DNA of 64,000 bases, from assembly GCA_963720755.1 (NCBI GenBank), contig CAVRGP010000015.1:480001-544000 (forward strand), written 5' to 3'. This DNA comes from an uncultured Chloroflexia bacterium (lineage in GTDB: Bacteria; Chloroflexota; Limnocylindria; Limnocylindrales; CSP1-4). Shown here in pieces: positions 59,013 through 64,000 of the stretch (position 1 is the first letter of the stretch; each line of letters begins with the position of its first letter). The notes beneath the pieces were generated by a model. That model was not told the origin of the DNA. It was given only the letters and a program-made list of their open reading frames with translations, and did not search any database. A program made the translations under genes and the position numbers.

Positions 59013-61115
59013 TCAGGCGGCGGACGCCGGATCCGAATCGGCTGCGGCCACCGCCACCGGTTCTGGGGTCGCCTTCCGACGCGTACCCGCCCGGGCACGT
59101 CGCGCAGCCGGCTGCTTCTTGGCCGGGGGCGCGGCAGGGGCCTCCTCGGCGACCCGGATCGAGCGTCGGGCGACCTTCCGTTTCGTCGCCGATGCGATGA
59201 TCAACTCGGCATCCGGAGATCCGAACAGGGCAAGCGCCAGGCGGGCCTTCGCCGCGTTCTGACCCTCGGTGAATTCGAAGCCCACCATCGATCGCCCGCG
59301 GTCATCCGACCAGGTCACCCGGGTCTGACCGTCGAACTCGAGCGTGGGGCCATCAGGGAACTCGACCGACAGCCGAGTGTGTTCCGCGATCGGGATCGCG
59401 AGCGGGAGCTCTACCCGAGCGCCGGTCAGCGACATGTCGCGAACGGTCACCTCGATGTCGTCGATGCGGGCGAGCAGATCCGTCGTGAACCGGACACTCG
59501 AGCGACGTTCAGCAGCGTACTGCGGCGCGCGAACGCGGCGAATGGCGAGCCAGACGAGCACGACGTTGAGCATCATCCAGCCGAAGGAGGCATGGACGGC
59601 CCAGGGCACGCTGTAGTGGACCGGGGTCATCCCCATCAGCGTCAGCGCATACCAGGTGACTGCCAGGAAGGTCAGGGCGAGGATCGCCGTCAACAGACCG
59701 GGCACGTGCGTGGCGGTCCGCCCATCCGCCGTCCGGCCCTTGGGAGTGACCTTGAAGGCAGGGTGCTGGCGGGAGAACAGGGTCGTTGTGGCCAGGAGGT
59801 TCGGGGTCATCCGGACGAACTCGAACACGAGCGACAGGCTGAGCCGATGACATCCGCGCGACAGGGCCGCCAACGCGGCCTGCGACAGGATGAACGCCGT
59901 TCCGAACGCGATGATGAACGTCGCCGCCGGAGCGTTGATCGGGACGGCGCCGGTCGCGATCACGATCATCGGCAGGAGGACGTAGCCGAGCGTTCGCCAG
60001 GCATCGAACCAACCGAGGAGCGTTGCGGCGTACGTCAGGCGCTGACCCAGGGTCAGATTGGGCACGACCAGCGGATTCTCGGTCCGGAGGACCTGCATCG
60101 CGCCGGTCCCCCAGCGGAGGCGTTGCTGTTGATAGGTCGCCGCGTCCGGAGCCGCCAGGCCGCGGGCTAGGACCTCGTTGTGATACAGCGTCTTCCAGCC
60201 CCGTCGGTGCAACCGGATGGTCGTGTGGATGTCCTCGGTGATCGTGTCCGTGGCGACCAGTCCGACGTCGTGGAGGGCCGCGACCCGGACGACCGCGCCG
60301 GTGCCGCACCAGAACGCCCCGCCCCAGCGGTTCTTGCCGGGCTGCAGGACCCGGTAGAACAGGGCCTGTTCGTGGAACCGGCCGGCGGCCTCCGTGGTGC
60401 CGTTCGCAAGCACCCGGGTCGAGCCCCCACCCTCGTGCTCGAACGACTCGAGGTTGTAGAACTCCTGGGGTGTCTGGACGAGGGCAAGATTCGGGTCGTC
60501 GAAGTACCCGAGCGTTCGGACGAGAAAGTCGGGAGATGCGACATGGTCGGCATCGAGGACGGCGATCAGGTCGGCGTCGATGATCCCAAGGGCGTGATTG
60601 AGGTTGCCGGCCTTGGCATGTTCGTGGGTCGGTCGTGCCAGGTAACGAGCACCAAGTTCATCCGCCAGCCGCGCGACCTCAGGTCGGTCGCCGTCATCGA
60701 GCACCCAGGTCTCGTGTGAAACATGCATCACAACCGCGGCCGCGATGGTCGGCATGAGGACTTCGACGCCCTCGTTGTACGTCGGGATCAGGACGGCGAC
60801 CCGGCCCCCGGGATCGGACACGTCATAGGTCGCCGGGCGTCGATCGACATCCCACAGCGAGAACGTGAACAGCGCGAGCCCGAGGAAGGCGTGGATCTCC
60901 AGGACGAGGAGCGGGATCGACACCCACCAGACATCGAGCGCGAGCGTCCAGCCGGCCCGCCAGGTCAGGTAGACGAGGGTGACGGTGAGGGCGGTCAGCG
61001 CCGTCGCGCGGATCGCCCAGGCGCGCCGCCGCGATTCGGGCGGAGGGAGTGCCGGGCCGGGTACCGTCGCGCGAAACCAGCTGATCTGGGGTTTCCTGGG
61101 GACTCGTGTTGCCAT
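59013..61115 (-). CDS. bcsA: BcsA-like processive GT2 with PilZ domain
   Basis: DDG, HAKAGN, DADH, QTPQ, TED, QRLRW, FKVTPK gating loop, PilZ RRSSVR and DMSLTG. Confidence 0.88.
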   Translation of the reverse strand: MATRVPRKPQISWFRATVPGPALPPPESRRRAWAIRATALTALTVTLVYLTWRAGWTLALDVWWVSIPLLVLEIHAFLGLALFTFSLWDVDRRPATYDVSDPGGRVAVLIPTYNEGVEVLMPTIAAAVVMHVSHETWVLDDGDRPEVARLADELGARYLARPTHEHAKAGNLNHALGIIDADLIAVLDADHVASPDFLVRTLGYFDDPNLALVQTPQEFYNLESFEHEGGGSTRVLANGTTEAAGRFHEQALFYRVLQPGKNRWGGAFWCGTGAVVRVAALHDVGLVATDTITEDIHTTIRLHRRGWKTLYHNEVLARGLAAPDAATYQQQRLRWGTGAMQVLRTENPLVVPNLTLGQRLTYAATLLGWFDAWRTLGYVLLPMIVIATGAVPINAPAATFIIAFGTAFILSQAALAALSRGCHRLSLSLVFEFVRMTPNLLATTTLFSRQHPAFKVTPKGRTADGRTATHVPGLLTAILALTFLAVTWYALTLMGMTPVHYSVPWAVHASFGWMMLNVVLVWLAIRRVRAPQYAAERRSSVRFTTDLLARIDDIEVTVRDMSLTGARVELPLAIPIAEHTRLSVEFPDGPTLEFDGQTRVTWSDDRGRSMVGFEFTEGQNAAKARLALALFGSPDAELIIASATKRKVARRSIRVAEEAPAAPPAKKQPAARRARAGTRRKATPEPVAVAAADSDPASAA

Positions 61116-61270
61116 AGGTGCAGTCTCGGGCCGATGGCCGTACTCCTCCATGGCCCATATGGATGGCTGAGTGGCCCCGGATGGCCTACCGGGATATCCT
61201 GCTTCCGGATGGAACGACGCCAGACCGCTCCCGATCCGGTAGGTGCTCCGGATCGCTGGCTCGGCACCGC

Positions 61271-62200
61271 GTGACGGGCGCGCCGCCACTCATCGTCGTG
61301 GCCGGAGCCACCGCCACCGGCAAGACCGCCCTGGCGATCGAACTGGCCGGATCGATCTCCGCCCTTGGGCGCCCGGCCGAGATCATCTCCGCCGACTCTC
61401 GTCAGGTCTTTCGCGGGCTCGACATCGGCACCGCGAAAGCATCGACCCGAGACCGGGATCGCGTGCCGCATCATGGACTCGACCTGGTCGAACCGGATCA
61501 GGCGTTCAGCGTCGCTGATTTCGTCGACCATGTCCGCCCGGTCCTCGAGGACCTGCAGCGCCGCGATGGCGTCGTCATCCTCGCCGGTGGTACCGGGTTG
61601 TACCTGCGGGCCGTCGCTCGCGGCCTGGACACCGCTTCGCTGCCGTCCGATCCTGGGCTACGGACGCGCCTCGAGGCCGAGATGGCCGACGCCGGACTTC
61701 CTGCCTCGGTCGCCCGGCTGACCGCGATCGCGCCCAGGCTGGCGTCGACGGTGGACCAGCGCAACCCTCGCCGGGTCGTGCGCGCACTCGAGATCGCGGA
61801 ACTTGCGGGGGATGTGCCGCGACCGGCGCACCGCGGATATCCGGGTCTGGTCGCGTGGGTCGGCCTGCGACTGGATGCGGCTCTCCACCGCGAGCGGATC
61901 GCATTCCGGGCTCGCGCTCAGTTCGATTCCGGGCTCCTGGACGAAGCGGCCTCGCTCCGAGCACGGTTCGATCCCACCCTGCCGGCCTTCTCCGCCATCG
62001 GCTATCGCGAGGCGTGGGCGGTCCTCGACGGAGAACTGGGGCGCGACGCGGCCATCGAGGCGGATGCGAAACGAACGGTCGCCTTCGCGCGACGACAGGG
62101 GACCTGGTTCAGGTCCGAGCCAGGGATCGTCTGGCACGACGTGGGTGACGGGCTCCCGACGGCGACCGCCCTCGACCAGGTTCTGCCGCTGGTCACCTGA
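61271..62200 (+). CDS. miaA: tRNA dimethylallyltransferase
   Basis: GATATGKT, SADSRQ, DIGTAK, GGTGLY, AIGYRE, RRQGTWF. Confidence 0.95.
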   Translation: MTGAPPLIVVAGATATGKTALAIELAGSISALGRPAEIISADSRQVFRGLDIGTAKASTRDRDRVPHHGLDLVEPDQAFSVADFVDHVRPVLEDLQRRDGVVILAGGTGLYLRAVARGLDTASLPSDPGLRTRLEAEMADAGLPASVARLTAIAPRLASTVDQRNPRRVVRALEIAELAGDVPRPAHRGYPGLVAWVGLRLDAALHRERIAFRARAQFDSGLLDEAASLRARFDPTLPAFSAIGYREAWAVLDGELGRDAAIEADAKRTVAFARRQGTWFRSEPGIVWHDVGDGLPTATALDQVLPLVT

Positions 62201-62231
62201 CGCCGGCGTCCCTTGCCTGTCGGAACGTGAA

Positions 62232-62260
62232 GAGACCGGCTCGCTCGGCGAGCCGGTCTC
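62232..62260. terminator. Perfect hairpin between convergent genes (probable bidirectional terminator)
   Basis: gagaccggctcgc-tcg-gcgagccggtctc. Confidence 0.65.
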
Positions 62261-62281
62261 GTTCGTTGATCGGCGGGTGGG

Positions 62282-62788
62282 TCAGCTGGCCGGGGTGGTC
62301 GGTCCGGCCGGTGGCTTCGCCATCGCCGCCGCCGCGGCGGCATTGGCGGCCTGGACCTGGGCCATGGCGGCCTGCTGCTCGGGGGTGAGGAGCGACATCT
62401 CGTGTTCGACGAAGTGCTTCTGCACGCCCGGGTAGTTCAGGTACATGAAGATCCCGATGGCGAGCAGCCATCCGACCGTCTCCGCCTCGACGGTGGATCC
62501 GCCGATGATCGCGAAGAAGCCAAAGATGATCGTGAAGATGCTGATGAAGATGCCGAACGACCAGGCGTACGCCCGGACGTTCCAGAATCCCATCGCCACC
62601 CAGAACCAGATCGCGGCGATCAAGAGAGCCCAGAGCGCCTGACCCCACTGGGGATCCGGGAACGAGACTTCCTTGCCGACAAAGGTAAAGCTTGCGACGC
62701 CGAGAAAGACGAGGGCTCGCCAGATCTCGAATAGCCCCGCCAGTGCGGCGCCGACCGCGAGGAGCGTGACGCCGATCGGTCGATTCAT
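62282..62788 (-). CDS. 4-TM membrane protein
   Basis: MNRPIGVTLLA start, four hydrophobic helices, YLNYPGVQKHF; GGGAGG SD. Confidence 0.8.
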   Translation of the reverse strand: MNRPIGVTLLAVGAALAGLFEIWRALVFLGVASFTFVGKEVSFPDPQWGQALWALLIAAIWFWVAMGFWNVRAYAWSFGIFISIFTIIFGFFAIIGGSTVEAETVGWLLAIGIFMYLNYPGVQKHFVEHEMSLLTPEQQAAMAQVQAANAAAAAAMAKPPAGPTTPAS

Positions 62789-62932
62789 ACGCTTGGTTGC
62801 CTCCCTGTACGCAGGCCCCGTGGATTCGTCTAGGCCTGAACAAATCCATAGCATAGCGACACGACCCACCAGAAACCACCCGATACCGAACGACGCCGGC
62901 CTGTGCGGACCGACCGACTACACTACGCCCCG

Positions 62933-64000
62933 ATGCCCACCGACCTCATCGATCTCGCCCCGATCATCGAGAAGGCATTCCTCGTGGCGGTCGATACCGG
63001 TTCCAAAGACGGTTGGACCGCCGAGGACTCTCTGGCCGAGTTGGCGAACCTGGCGACGACGGCCGGCGCCGACGTCGTCGGCGCGGAGTGGCAGAACCGT
63101 CGCCACGTCGACCCGAACTGGTACATCGGCAAGGGCAAGGCCGAGGAGCTCGTGGCGGCCAAGCGGGAGACCGGGTTCGACGTCCTCATCGCCGACGACG
63201 AGCTATCACCGGCCCAGCAGCGTGCACTGGAGGGCCTGCTCGGGGTCAAGGTCATCGATCGGAGCCGGCTGATCCTGGACATCTTCGCCCTGCATGCGCA
63301 GACGCACGAGGGGCGACTCCAGGTCGAGCTGGCGCAGCTCGAGTACCAGCTGCCACGGCTGACCCGGTTGTGGACCCACTTGTCCCGGACCGGTGGTGGG
63401 ATCGGCACGCGGGGTCCTGGCGAGAGCCAGCTCGAGACCGACCGCCGGATCATCCGGACCCGGATCTCGAAGATGAAGGAACGGGTCGAGCAGGTCCGTC
63501 AGCAGCGCGAAACGGCTGCGCGCGGTCGCGATCGACGATTGTGGCCCACCGTCGGGATCGTCGGCTACACGAACGCCGGCAAGTCCACCCTCCTCAATAC
63601 CCTCGTGGGCTCGGAGGTCGCGAAGGCGGAGGATCGGCTGTTCGCCACCCTCGATCCGACCAGTCGACAGGTGAAGCTCGGTGACGGCCAGACCGCCATC
63701 ATCACCGACACGGTGGGGTTCATCCATAAGCTGCCCCATCAGCTCGTCGATGCGTTCCGGGCGACCCTGGAGGAGGTCACCCGGGCCGACGTGCTCATCG
63801 AGGTCGTCGACTCGGCTGACGGGCACTTCGTCGAACACCGATCGACGGTCCAGACCGTGCTCGATGAACTCGGTGCGGGCGACAAGCCTCGACTTCTGGC
63901 CTTCAACAAAGCCGACCTCGTCGATGCGACAGCCCTCGATGGGACGGCACCCGCACCGGCGATCGCCGGGTCCGTGCCCGTGTCGGCGCTGACGGGCTAC
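62933..64000 (+). CDS. hflX: GTPase HflX, runs off the window's right edge
   Basis: Manual translation: YIGKGK, QVELAQL, GIGTRGPGE, GYTNAGKS, LFATLDPT, DTVGF, FNKAD. Confidence 0.95.
   Translation, partial: MPTDLIDLAPIIEKAFLVAVDTGSKDGWTAEDSLAELANLATTAGADVVGAEWQNRRHVDPNWYIGKGKAEELVAAKRETGFDVLIADDELSPAQQRALEGLLGVKVIDRSRLILDIFALHAQTHEGRLQVELAQLEYQLPRLTRLWTHLSRTGGGIGTRGPGESQLETDRRIIRTRISKMKERVEQVRQQRETAARGRDRRLWPTVGIVGYTNAGKSTLLNTLVGSEVAKAEDRLFATLDPTSRQVKLGDGQTAIITDTVGFIHKLPHQLVDAFRATLEEVTRADVLIEVVDSADGHFVEHRSTVQTVLDELGAGDKPRLLAFNKADLVDATALDGTAPAPAIAGSVPVSALTGY

Noticed and set aside
61116-61270. c-di-GMP riboswitch upstream of the bcsA-like gene
   Set aside because: Only a simple hairpin (cgatccgg/ccggatcg); GEMM consensus elements are absent.

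Overview
High-GC bacterial chromosome segment. Gene content and style suggest Chloroflexota, probably Limnocylindria-like (inference). The left ~13 kb is accessory: a partial SARP/BTAD-ATPase regulator divergent from a secreted protein, class II UvrA, a DinB protein, an orphan lipoprotein, a zinc-ribbon/class III cyclase/ATPase/TPR protein and DUF2652. Next come a CysRS-C-terminal-domain/GT2 fusion, an MFS gene and an 8-gene run (OppA-like, peptidase MA, two DUF881, DUF951, MFS, asparaginase, amidohydrolase). The rest is mostly housekeeping: tRNA-Val, T-box-thrS-infC-rpmI-rplT-pheST, cvpA-mpg-mutS2, class A PBP, tyrS, a TrpR-like gene with hisC, an EF-G paralog, yebC-ruvCAB-tgt, recA-recX-rny-ymdB-PHP-miaB, an orphan bcsA-like gene, miaA and hflX. 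No CRISPR array, IS, integrase or rRNA was seen. Best leads: the tRNA-binding-domain/glycosyltransferase fusion, 11-bp-periodic SARP-type repeats, many apparently leaderless genes, an atypical (queuine-type, D102N, frameshifted) TGT and a possible T-box relic before pheS. Three apparent 1-nt frameshifts may be assembly errors. All family calls are from visual motif recognition, not database searches.
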